Below are positions 45,305 to 54,167 of a stretch of 64,000 nucleotides of DNA, piece by piece; the stretch's first letter is position 1; the number at the start of each line of letters is the position of its first letter. The stretch covers positions 1 to 64,000 of IMG/VR virus record IMGVR_UViG_3300038463_000730, one strand, 5' to 3'. Under the pieces are notes generated by a model. It saw nothing but the letters and a program-made list of their open reading frames with translations, made no database searches and was not told where the DNA came from. The position numbers and the translations under genes were made by a program.

Positions 45305-45841
45305 ATGGCCCAAGGTAATTACGATCCGAATGTCACCGACGTCGATAAGCTCGAAGGTATCCGGCTTCATGAGGCTGCCGAGACCGAACGCAAACTCATC
45401 TCCGAACGCGAGCTGACCAAACGCGAAGAGTTGAAACAACGAGACACGGGCGGATTCATTGCCGGTCGTGTCGGAATGATTATCGTTGGCGTCGGAGCAA
45501 TCATTGCGATTGCGATCAGCGCAAACAGTTACATCGACAAGATCCCGCCTGGCGGCGCCCGTAGTCCGATCGTGCTCGAACCAGCGAAGATCATTACGCC
45601 TCCAGCACCGGAGAAGATGAAATGCGCAGATGAATTCTGGCGTGTCTCGGGAGCCCAGGCTTACATGCATGCCTCGTGTTCGCACGAGACACACCAGGCT
45701 CGCACGGAGCACATGATCGGTAACGGTGAGCCGATGGACATTATGTTCTGTCTATGTCCGGGTAATCCGATGGCAAAGGCTCCAGAACCAACACCAGCAG
45801 TGCCCGCACCGACTCCGACAGCTACAACAGAGAAGAAATAA
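45305..45841 (+). CDS. single-pass membrane protein with Cys-containing exported domain
   Basis: TM segment GMIIVGVGAIIAIAI; Pro/Thr-rich tail. Confidence 0.7.
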   Translation: MAQGNYDPNVTDVDKLEGIRLHEAAETERKLISERELTKREELKQRDTGGFIAGRVGMIIVGVGAIIAIAISANSYIDKIPPGGARSPIVLEPAKIITPPAPEKMKCADEFWRVSGAQAYMHASCSHETHQARTEHMIGNGEPMDIMFCLCPGNPMAKAPEPTPAVPAPTPTATTEKK

Positions 45842-45967
45842 GTTTCGAGGGTGCATAAGCTCAGGGGTCCAGTCCCGCCGATGTTGTATGTAGCGCTGCT
45901 ACAACGTTGGAAGGTAGAGCTAGGTCGTCAAAGGCCTGGTCGTCGGTCCGAATCCGGCTGCATCCAC

Positions 45968-46678
45968 TTATTCTCCAGCTTCACGCTCAGTATCGGGGAC
46001 AGGTTCTCGCCTCGTTTGAGGTTGAATCTCGAACGGCTCCGCTGGTAACTCGGGAGGTTCGGCCTCACCGTAATTCCATTGCTGTTCGTATGGCTCTGGT
46101 TCTTCTTTTGGTTCCGTTGGTAAGACGGGTGCAATATCAACTGCGGCAACCCCGTTCTCCTGAATACGAGCCAACCTATGAAGCTCCTTAATTGAGAATA
46201 ACGACTGAAACAGTATTCGTACATTGTGACGGTCAGCTTGCGAATCGATCGCATCTAGTTCGTAGATGATCTTCGCTACATCCAATCGCGCCTTCGTCAC
46301 CGGATTATCCGGGATTTCGAATTCCGGATCAATATCGAGCGGAGGAGCCTCGGTTTGCAGATCTGCAATCAGATCATCAAGCCATGGCTTATAGTAGTTC
46401 GGAATGAACGAATCAGCAAGATAACGGTACTGACTAAGTGATCTAGTAACCTGCTTTCTTGCTTCCGGCCTTCCGCCAACTTCTAGGTATTCAGATTCAT
46501 ATCGAGCGATCATTACCTGGATATTGGCTAGGTCATTAGGAATCGAATCTCGAATACCTTCAAGAGCCGAGATCATTTGTTCCTTCGACAGCAAAGGAGC
46601 TCGAACGGCTGAGTAATCCTGACCTCGTTTAATTGCCAAGCGATTGGCTAATTCGAATGTTTTTGTGAATCTAGACAT
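45968..46678 (-). CDS. hypothetical protein, Pro/Glu-rich C-terminus
   Basis: 236 aa ORF. Confidence 0.7.
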   Translation of the reverse strand: MSRFTKTFELANRLAIKRGQDYSAVRAPLLSKEQMISALEGIRDSIPNDLANIQVMIARYESEYLEVGGRPEARKQVTRSLSQYRYLADSFIPNYYKPWLDDLIADLQTEAPPLDIDPEFEIPDNPVTKARLDVAKIIYELDAIDSQADRHNVRILFQSLFSIKELHRLARIQENGVAAVDIAPVLPTEPKEEPEPYEQQWNYGEAEPPELPAEPFEIQPQTRREPVPDTEREAGE

Positions 46679-46774
46679 ATCAAATACATGCTATAACAGT
46701 GGCATCTAAATTGTTCGAACGATCGCCGATGTCGAGCTGTACTTTGGCTTGTTCTTTTCTCTAAAGGTATTTGT

Positions 46775-47308
46775 GTGCATATCTTCCTTAGCGTAATTGG
46801 TTTGCTTTGTTCGATCGGGACAACCATCCTGTTCAACCAAATCATTCTTCCAGGTTACTTTCGGACACGAAAGTTTAACTACATTCTGGAAGACATAATT
46901 AACGAGGACGTTGCATCCATTATCTTTCGATTGGAAATGAACAATTGGTATGAAGCATTCGATCGTATGGCTACGAAGAACGTTCGTAATCAACTTCTGC
47001 GAACTCTTCAGCGCGGGTTTCGCCTGGGCAGCTCGGTCGAGCAAAGACCGCTCATCGTCGGTCAGGCGCTCGGCAATCTAGCCCGTATGAGCGGCAAGGC
47101 CCGGCAACGTGCAATCAAGATAACGATCATGCTTTCACTTCGCCATCAGAACTACGATTTCATCGTTGGATTATTGGACCGTAACAAAACGATCAAGACT
47201 AAGATCTTTCTTTCTACGATCAAAACAATCAACAACCCGAACCGTGAACTTGTATTCAAATACATGAACCGAGATCACGATACAGCAAAGCTATTAGTCA
47301 TGCTTTAG
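46775..47308 (+). CDS. membrane-anchored helical protein with C-terminal tag KLLVML
   Basis: N-terminal hydrophobic segment; 177 aa. Confidence 0.65.
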   Translation: MHIFLSVIGLLCSIGTTILFNQIILPGYFRTRKFNYILEDIINEDVASIIFRLEMNNWYEAFDRMATKNVRNQLLRTLQRGFRLGSSVEQRPLIVGQALGNLARMSGKARQRAIKITIMLSLRHQNYDFIVGLLDRNKTIKTKIFLSTIKTINNPNRELVFKYMNRDHDTAKLLVML

Positions 47309-47310
47309 TT

Positions 47311-47733
47311 ATGATTAACATTACAGATAAAGAATTCAAACTGTTTCGGGCTGCGTGTCCGAAATGCAACAACTCACTTTTCCCCACAAGGCTTGAGGCG
47401 AATTACGATCGGTATTGCAAGAAGTGTAATTACCGCGCCGCATTCTATCTTGACACGAGCAAGCGTACCACCTTCCTGAACTACGAGCAAATCTACGGCA
47501 CCCGGGAACACGGTATCAAAACTGTATTGGTCCGAATCGATTACACCGAACAAGCCGCGATAATCACCGTGTTGAATAAAGGATTGTTCATTCCCTCTTC
47601 TCTGGATCGAGAGTCTCGTGAGGAATACAAAATGCCATTGAAAGATGAGTACTTTGACGACAACTGCTTGATACGAATGGACGCATTAGACGAGATCGTA
47701 ACCAGATTCAAAAAATTGGGTATCATGCGCTAA
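47311..47733 (+). CDS. Zn-ribbon protein with C-terminal tag KKLGIMR
   Basis: CPKC...CKKC. Confidence 0.7.
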   Translation: MINITDKEFKLFRAACPKCNNSLFPTRLEANYDRYCKKCNYRAAFYLDTSKRTTFLNYEQIYGTREHGIKTVLVRIDYTEQAAIITVLNKGLFIPSSLDRESREEYKMPLKDEYFDDNCLIRMDALDEIVTRFKKLGIMR

Positions 47734-47763
47734 ACATGCGGATGGCCCGTTATATCGAGGAAT

Positions 47764-48150
47764 ATGAGTAAGTCTAATTCTGCCACCCGCTTAGAATCTT
47801 TGAAATGCTTGCTTCGGAATTCGCTTCCGAAAAAAGACGCCTCAGCAAAAGCTTCAGTTGCTCCATTGTTGTCAGATGACGATCTGAAGGTCTTTCTTGA
47901 ACACGGAGAGAACGCAACCAAAACTGCGATGAACATCTCGGAAGTGCCGGACCACTATTCTGATCTAGTCATCGAGTACGCGATGTATATGGCATTGATG
48001 TCTAACTCTCTTATTGAGAAGGGTCGCGAGTTTGCGTTCCTCGACAGCGGAGTGACGTTTACTCCTCCCGCTCTCGCAGACCACATGATGCAAGTAGCTC
48101 GTGCGGTGATCGACGGTTGGTTCAAGAAGGTCGCGTTCTACAAGAGCTAA
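47764..48150 (+). CDS. conserved-looking phage protein, possibly head-tail adaptor-like
   Basis: LIEKGREFAFLDSGVTFTPP motif recalled from large-phage proteins; function is a guess. Confidence 0.5.
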   Translation: MSKSNSATRLESLKCLLRNSLPKKDASAKASVAPLLSDDDLKVFLEHGENATKTAMNISEVPDHYSDLVIEYAMYMALMSNSLIEKGREFAFLDSGVTFTPPALADHMMQVARAVIDGWFKKVAFYKS

Positions 48151-48151
48151 G

Positions 48152-48691
48152 TTGTACATACCGTACAACAATTTCTATCTGAAGAACGTCTTCATCGTAG
48201 ATAACGTGCCATACGGCGCGATGGCGTCCTACCCTGGTGATCCCGGGTTACCACGAGTCTTGGTCACGCGAAACCTTCGACAGACCAACCATCTCATTGG
48301 AGGTCCGCAGATCGAGATTCAGGACTTCGGTGACCATTTCTACATCGAACCATTCGAGATGGAATCGGAAGACCAGTTCAACAAACTGGCCCTACTCGCT
48401 ATTTGTGAAGCTCACAAACTAACACGTCAAACGGCAGATAATCACAAAGATGCCGAGTACATGCTACTGCGATGGGACATGGATATCGGTGTTTCGGTCC
48501 CGGATCCACATAATCTCAACGACTACTTTCTCTTAGCTAACAAAGAATACTTCGGCTGCGTAGCTATTCGTGACCTATCTAACTTTGACCAGCTGTACGC
48601 TCTCGCGATAGCCAATCCACGTGGCGTAGTCAAAGTGACAAACCGGTCCGTGCCAACGTGCGAATCTCATTTAGGCCCGTTGAAGTTTTAG
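48152..48691 (+). CDS. hypothetical protein
   Basis: 179 aa ORF (TTG start). Confidence 0.6.
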   Translation: MYIPYNNFYLKNVFIVDNVPYGAMASYPGDPGLPRVLVTRNLRQTNHLIGGPQIEIQDFGDHFYIEPFEMESEDQFNKLALLAICEAHKLTRQTADNHKDAEYMLLRWDMDIGVSVPDPHNLNDYFLLANKEYFGCVAIRDLSNFDQLYALAIANPRGVVKVTNRSVPTCESHLGPLKF

Positions 48692-49104
48692 TACATCACT
48701 GGATAAACTACACGCCCACCATCTAGGTCGATCGTAGTTACAGGCTTGTTCATACCGAGCATGTACTTCACCGTATTCTCGCTGCCACCCGTTCGGTCGG
48801 GCATGACCAGCGCGTACAGATGATCCGAGTCACGCGCAATCTTCTTATTCCGAGCGTAGAACCGCTTCGTTGCTTCAGAGTACGATGCAGCCTTCGGTTC
48901 CTTTGCAGGGTAATGGACCAGCATCGACACACCGAAGTAATCGGCAGCTTGCTCGGTGAAACCATCTGCCCCTTGCGGACACCCGCCCGACACCAGGACC
49001 AGTTCGTCCCCGTGCTTCGCGATCATCTCTTTCACGAGATCGAATACGAGTTGACGATCGACTGCACTGGTACGCCTTCTGCTTCCTACGATACCGATTT
49101 TCAT
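48688..49104 (-). CDS. SLOG-family (DprA/YspA-like) nucleotide-binding protein
   Basis: IGIVGSR, VSGGCPQGAD, RNKKIA, GGSENT. Confidence 0.8.
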   Translation of the reverse strand: MKIGIVGSRRRTSAVDRQLVFDLVKEMIAKHGDELVLVSGGCPQGADGFTEQAADYFGVSMLVHYPAKEPKAASYSEATKRFYARNKKIARDSDHLYALVMPDRTGGSENTVKYMLGMNKPVTTIDLDGGRVVYPVMY

Positions 49105-49277
49105 TCGTGTTCCTCTTCCTTACGTACAGGGTGTACATAGCCAGAACGTGCGACCGGCTTCTTCTCTATCGGAAAGCACTTGACCGGATGGATCGGTCTC
49201 GACTCGTTCTCCAGCTCAGTATAAGGGTAGTACAAATTTCGGTGGATAGCAAAGTCTTTCGGGTCGATCACGTTCAC
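49101..49277 (-). CDS. small hypothetical protein (not in ORF track)
   Basis: Hand-translated 58 aa; 4-nt overlaps with both neighbours. Confidence 0.5.
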   Translation of the reverse strand: MNVIDPKDFAIHRNLYYPYTELENESRPIHPVKCFPIEKKPVARSGYVHPVRKEEEHE

Positions 49278-49537
49278 TCCATAATGTGTCCGATTAGCTC
49301 GGTCTCTTCAACATCCAATCGAAATACTTCTTTGGCAAATTTGATTGCCAGCTCGTCTTTACCACTACGTACAAGTTCCTCAAGAACTTCGAGGTAGATT
49401 TTCTCGGGAGAGTATCCGATCAATTCCTGTGTATTTCCACCACAAATAGAAAGGATGAATCGATCCGCAGCCTGATTGTTACAAAACGATTTACTTTTGC
49501 CGCTGTAACCTCGGCACTTAACAGTAATGATCTTCAT
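49274..49537 (-). CDS. family C paralogue
   Basis: MKIITV...ELIGHIME-stop. Confidence 0.75.
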   Translation of the reverse strand: MKIITVKCRGYSGKSKSFCNNQAADRFILSICGGNTQELIGYSPEKIYLEVLEELVRSGKDELAIKFAKEVFRLDVEETELIGHIME

Positions 49538-49538
49538 C

Positions 49539-49802
49539 TTATTCCATCACATGTCCAGTAAGATCGGAGGCCATGATATCAACGTTCTTTTTGAAATGCC
49601 GATAAAGCGCTAGTGCAATATCGTATTGCTTTAGCTCAACCAACTTCTTGTAAGCTAGTTCAGCTGCTTGCGGCATGAAGTCGCCATAGCTAGTGAGATG
49701 GTTGTTAATAAACTTGATTGCTCGTTTCTGAGCAAGAAGTTCAGTTGAAAACGACTCAACGTTATGACACGGTTCCCCGAAAACAACTGTCCAGATTTTC
49801 AT
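49539..49802 (-). CDS. family C paralogue
   Basis: MKIWTV...DLTGHVME-stop. Confidence 0.8.
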   Translation of the reverse strand: MKIWTVVFGEPCHNVESFSTELLAQKRAIKFINNHLTSYGDFMPQAAELAYKKLVELKQYDIALALYRHFKKNVDIMASDLTGHVME

Positions 49803-50062
49803 TCGAGTGCATGCCCGGTCAAATCTGATTCGTGGATTGTTCCGACCTCTATCTCAAGGTTGGCCAACCTCAATGCCTCGCGATACTCCTCATGTTGCAT
49901 CAGAATATCAAACGTAGGTTTCAACCGCCCCATACTTGGGGCGCATGTAAGAACATGCTTCAGCGCTTCTTTCTCTGTAGCAAACGAAGTCACTCGCTTT
50001 ATCTTAGCCGAACCACTTGAGTTACTTCTATAGTCCCAAACGATAGCTGTCCAGATTTTCAT
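49799..50062 (-). CDS. family C paralogue
   Basis: MKIWTA...DLTGHALE-stop. Confidence 0.8.
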   Translation of the reverse strand: MKIWTAIVWDYRSNSSGSAKIKRVTSFATEKEALKHVLTCAPSMGRLKPTFDILMQHEEYREALRLANLEIEVGTIHESDLTGHALE

Positions 50063-50328
50063 TCCATCACATGACCGAGTAGGTCATTCTCCTTGATACT
50101 AATTCCTGAGTGTGACTTATACTTCTCATAGAACTCATAAGCCAGTTTGTATTCTTTCTCGCGGACAAGAATGTTTAGCACGAGATTGAACGGATCTTTT
50201 GGATCATACCGATAGGCGCTACGATCATTGATTAGCTCGATCAGCAGCGTTGCTACGTACTGGTAAGCCAGTTGTTCAGTCGCGTACGAGACTATCTTTG
50301 CCCTGTGCTCTATTGTCCATATCTTCAT
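50059..50328 (-). CDS. family C paralogue
   Basis: MKIWTI...DLLGHVME-stop. Confidence 0.8.
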   Translation of the reverse strand: MKIWTIEHRAKIVSYATEQLAYQYVATLLIELINDRSAYRYDPKDPFNLVLNILVREKEYKLAYEFYEKYKSHSGISIKENDLLGHVME

Positions 50329-50591
50329 TCTAGCGGATGTCCTTTCAGGACAGTGGACTCAACACAAATCTGAGCATCCTTATTGGATGAGTTAAACAAA
50401 TCCAACATGAATTTGTACTGTTCCTCGTCCTTTAAGTAATGAAGGAGCCCAAGAAGTCGCCTTGGGACATTATGGCGTCGAATCATAACTAGTTCGGCCG
50501 CTCGCTTCAGCGCAATGGCCTCGGTCGCATAAGCCTCGACTTCAGGAGAATCTTCTTCATGCTGGGAAAACACGACAGACCAAATCATCAT
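50325..50591 (-). CDS. family C paralogue
   Basis: MMIWSV...VLKGHPLE-stop. Confidence 0.8.
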   Translation of the reverse strand: MMIWSVVFSQHEEDSPEVEAYATEAIALKRAAELVMIRRHNVPRRLLGLLHYLKDEEQYKFMLDLFNSSNKDAQICVESTVLKGHPLE

Positions 50592-50602
50592 GAAACGTTG
50601 AT

Positions 50603-51034
50603 TTGACGATCGAACCGGATCTCGTCAAGTTCTCGTTAGACTGGCTGCCAATAAAATCGAATCGATATATGCTAAAAGTTTCTGTTATGCTAGACGTATG
50701 GGAAAAGATGCTCTCCAAAGCCCAGATGCCATCTGCTCAATCTGGAGACATTGAAGATGTCCTAAAATCTTCTGGGCTATTCGATGTAGCCCAGCAGGTA
50801 TCTCCATTACTGGATCAGGCTGGGGTTCCTGGAAACGCATCGGTTGAAATCGGATTAACAATAGATCGTGGTCTTAACCCGAGTTTTCCCGTTATAACAA
50901 ATCCTCCGAGCCCGACAGCCAGGGCATTATCCGGGCTGCTAAAACAGCACTTTGCGGGTCCGATCAAGAAAGCGTTAACAAACGCTAAACTGAACGTAAC
51001 GGATACGGTCAGCCTAAAATGGCTGAAGTTCTGA
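50603..51034 (+). CDS. hypothetical protein
   Basis: 143 aa ORF, start uncertain. Confidence 0.55.
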   Translation: MTIEPDLVKFSLDWLPIKSNRYMLKVSVMLDVWEKMLSKAQMPSAQSGDIEDVLKSSGLFDVAQQVSPLLDQAGVPGNASVEIGLTIDRGLNPSFPVITNPPSPTARALSGLLKQHFAGPIKKALTNAKLNVTDTVSLKWLKF

Positions 51035-51136
51035 GAGATCCAGTAGTTAACTGATCTTAACAGATCAAGATCTAATCCCTCCCCCTAATATCCCCCTCAG
51101 TGAGAGACGATATCGTCAGAGATCGATCCTGGCTAT

Positions 51137-52393
51137 TTAGTACGTGCCAGAAGAATTGATCAGTTCGTTAATCTGCTGTAAGAACTGGGCTGCCTTTGGA
51201 TTCTGGCGACCATTTCCTTCGTAGAATTTCTTCCGCCATTGAAGTGCCGGTAGATAAGTTTTGTTCCACTTGTCCTGCGACTGCTTCCGTTTCGGATCTT
51301 GACTCTGTCGAGAGTTCTGAAGGTATTGAACGAGCTTCTTTGAAGCATCGATAATGTTCTGTGCGATCTGATCGTCACTCTGTGTATTTTGTTTTGGCGC
51401 CTGAGTAGCTGCTTCACCGACGTTTTTGTTTTTGATCGCGGTAGCAACGTCCGGCATCAGCCGGATAGCTTGAATCAATGGCTCAACTTTGACAGCTTGC
51501 TCACTTAGACGTTTATCTGTATCGACTGCCTGCGGAGACTGACCGGCCTGTACGAGCTGGTTAGCGAGTTTCTCTGCATTCTGAAGGCCCAAGGCCAGGG
51601 CCGAACCAAACTGTTCTTTCGGCAACTGATTGGCTTCGTAAATAGTTTGAGCCAAATCATTTGCTGTATCGGTGATGTCTTTTTTACCAAGAACATTTGC
51701 CAAGACGCCGATCTGCTTCAGCAAATCTTTCAAGCTAACAATGTTGTTCCACTCATTCGTACCACCGGCCTCTTGCGCTTTCTTGCGCAACTTCAAATCA
51801 GCCAACTTATTGAATGTTGCGGCCAACGATGCGACGTTCGAAATAGGTTTCGAAACCGGACTCGATGGGCTTGGAGTCGGAGCCTGTTTTTGTTTTGGTG
51901 ATTGAATAACCGGTGTCGAATCAATAATTCGAACGACTTCAGGATCGGTCAAGATACCGTTGATGTACGATATGTTTACCAGAGCGTTCGGATCCTGTGC
52001 TCCGGCCGTTGCATAGTAATGCTGACGCCATTGAAGTGCCGGTAGCCACTTACGTACGAATTGATCGTAGAGTGGTTTCTGAGCTGCCGTGAGTCGGGTC
52101 GGGTCTGCGCCTTGTAGATTGGCAAGAATCTTTTTCGATTCATCGATGATGTGCTGCACAATCCGATTTTCACCCGCCGAGTCAACCGTTTTTGGAGCAA
52201 GACGATTGGTAATATTCGGATCTACCGGTCCACCGGTACCGGCCGATTCAGACGGTCCACCGCGAGTCTGCGTAGGAATGCTGTGTTCAGCTTTTTCCTG
52301 AGCGATAGTCTTGTTCGTATGCTCGTAGCCAGGCTGAATCGGTCCGCCCGTACCGGCAGCCGGAGAGACAACATCAGAACGCTGACTTAGTAC
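51137..52393 (-). CDS. Gln/Ala-rich repeat-domain protein; -1-frame continuation of 52387..53028
   Basis: Frame is open from 52435 to 51137; two PAL(Q/V)WR domains; no strong independent start. Confidence 0.7.
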   Translation of the reverse strand, partial: VLSQRSDVVSPAAGTGGPIQPGYEHTNKTIAQEKAEHSIPTQTRGGPSESAGTGGPVDPNITNRLAPKTVDSAGENRIVQHIIDESKKILANLQGADPTRLTAAQKPLYDQFVRKWLPALQWRQHYYATAGAQDPNALVNISYINGILTDPEVVRIIDSTPVIQSPKQKQAPTPSPSSPVSKPISNVASLAATFNKLADLKLRKKAQEAGGTNEWNNIVSLKDLLKQIGVLANVLGKKDITDTANDLAQTIYEANQLPKEQFGSALALGLQNAEKLANQLVQAGQSPQAVDTDKRLSEQAVKVEPLIQAIRLMPDVATAIKNKNVGEAATQAPKQNTQSDDQIAQNIIDASKKLVQYLQNSRQSQDPKRKQSQDKWNKTYLPALQWRKKFYEGNGRQNPKAAQFLQQINELINSSGTY

Positions 52394-53028
52394 TTTTTTT
52401 TTACGTTGAGTCTTCCAGCTTTTTGCTGAGCTGCTTCACCCGTATTTGTCGGTGGCGCTGCGGGACCAGGCTTTGGTGCCGTGCCGTTCGGCATCGGAGC
52501 CGGTGTACCAGATCCCATATTCTTGTAACCATTGGTGATGGTGTAGAAAGTCTTGTCATCAGCCATGATGCCGTTAATTTCAGACATCAACAGAATCGCG
52601 TCCTGATCGTTCAATCCGGCCGCACCCTTAGCAAGCCAGTTACGACGCCAAACGAGAGCTGGATATAATTTCTTCATGAACTCATCAATCTGTTTACGCT
52701 GAGCATCCGTGACGCTCTGCATATTGATGCCGCTCAAGCTAGCCAAGATACTCTTAGACTGGCTGATGATGTTCTCGGTGATCTGTTTCTCACGAGCCCA
52801 ATCTTGTTTTGGCTGTGGCTTCGCTTCACCCGTGCCAGGTTCGGCGTGACCAGATGGTGTTGGTCGGAAACCAGAATCAATATTTACATTGGTCGGGTCA
52901 ATAGACTGTGCCGCGACCGGGTCAGTTGGGGTTGCATTTGGTTCAGCAGGCGTTTGCTGTGCCAGAACCCGACGCAAACGTTGCTCGGCCATTTTTTCAA
53001 ACACGTTAGCTTTTTCAAGAATTTTCAT
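52387..53028 (-). CDS. repeat-domain protein, N-terminal part
   Basis: 213 aa; NIISQSK...LYPALVWRR domain. Confidence 0.8.
   Translation of the reverse strand: MKILEKANVFEKMAEQRLRRVLAQQTPAEPNATPTDPVAAQSIDPTNVNIDSGFRPTPSGHAEPGTGEAKPQPKQDWAREKQITENIISQSKSILASLSGINMQSVTDAQRKQIDEFMKKLYPALVWRRNWLAKGAAGLNDQDAILLMSEINGIMADDKTFYTITNGYKNMGSGTPAPMPNGTAPKPGPAAPPTNTGEAAQQKAGRLNVKKKY
52393..52402 (-). other. slippery site A_AAA_AAG (A9G run), candidate -1 frameshift
   Basis: GTA AAA AAA AAG TAC TAA in frame 0; -1 frame continues V-L-S-Q-R... Confidence 0.65.
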
Positions 53029-53079
53029 TTTACCTTATCCCAAGTTGATATCGAATTATTGCCACGGCTTTACAACGAA

Positions 53080-53832
53080 TTATGGTAGAGGACCCTTTTT
53101 CCACCAAGGAATGAATGGATCATGGAATTGAGCTGCCGAACCAGAAGGAGGTCCGATATTTCCATTAAGTGCCATTTTCTGATGATAATATAGCGTCCCC
53201 ATTGTTAATCGTTCCAAAGGAAATGTAGGACCGGCATGATGGTGGTCTGGCGTCATGATCCCGGCTTGCCCGAACGGGCTCAAGGCCGAGCCTCCTTGCC
53301 AAGCCGATTGCCATGGATATGTGCGAACAATGTGATGATCCCAGTCCCATTGCTCAATCATCTCCCGATGAAAAGGCCCGAACGGCGGTGCTCCCTCAGG
53401 AATATGATCGATGAACGGGTTTTCTCTTGGCCCTTCCTCAATTAGTACGTGAGGGCGAACGTCTCTCTCTGGTTTGAAATGAAGCCCTGGTTCATGCCAG
53501 CAGCCATGTTCTGCGCGATAGCCATCGTAACCGTCAACTCGTTGCGCATACGGATCCGATTCGCTACGACGAACATAATTTACCGAAACCAAACCATTTC
53601 GTAAATCCAGGATAAAATCTACGTTTTTACGATCACATGAATAGATATCCTGGCGAATTACAAGTACACGACGACCTAACATATACACTTGACGATGGTA
53701 GGTCGGGTCCACTGTGACTCGATCATCGAATTCTTCGCCTGTAATGATCTCTGATAGATCAAGCTGAGTCTTCAAAGACAACAAATCTTGCTGAGTCATT
53801 TCAGGATTGATAACAATGATGCCAGGAATCAT
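53080..53832 (-). CDS. hypothetical protein, His/Pro-rich C-terminal half
   Basis: 250 aa ORF. Confidence 0.7.
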   Translation of the reverse strand: MIPGIIVINPEMTQQDLLSLKTQLDLSEIITGEEFDDRVTVDPTYHRQVYMLGRRVLVIRQDIYSCDRKNVDFILDLRNGLVSVNYVRRSESDPYAQRVDGYDGYRAEHGCWHEPGLHFKPERDVRPHVLIEEGPRENPFIDHIPEGAPPFGPFHREMIEQWDWDHHIVRTYPWQSAWQGGSALSPFGQAGIMTPDHHHAGPTFPLERLTMGTLYYHQKMALNGNIGPPSGSAAQFHDPFIPWWKKGPLP

Positions 53833-53840
53833 GTCGTTCC

Positions 53841-54062
53841 TTATGGGATCGGAGTAGTAGCGCCGAGGACCGCAGCTATACGGTCAATAGCTTCTTGAAC
53901 AGTCTTTGGTGGAGTTCCGGCCCATTTCGTATGATCGGCAGGAGTGTAACAAATATCAATTGGAGGTGGTTCGACAACAATCACCTTCTTCGGATCCCTA
54001 TCAAACAATGGATAGGGGGACGGGTAGTGATGTCTATGATCATAATCGTCTCGGTCAGTCAT
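53841..54062 (-). CDS. small hypothetical protein
   Basis: YTP...W...P.TVQEAIDRIA motif of the kind seen in phage virion/fibre proteins. Confidence 0.6.
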   Translation of the reverse strand: MTDRDDYDHRHHYPSPYPLFDRDPKKVIVVEPPPIDICYTPADHTKWAGTPPKTVQEAIDRIAAVLGATTPIP

Positions 54063-54167
54063 ACCGGTATGTCTTTTTATGGCTAACCGGGCTTGTCGAG
54101 ATCGACGGTTTCGTCTGTTTCGTATCTCACACCAGCTATTTCTTACGAATTACATGGAGCACAAATC

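Noticed and set aside
51035-51136. Cluster of AGATC/GATC words between convergent genes
   Set aside because: GATC is common throughout this sequence, and I cannot show enrichment without counting.
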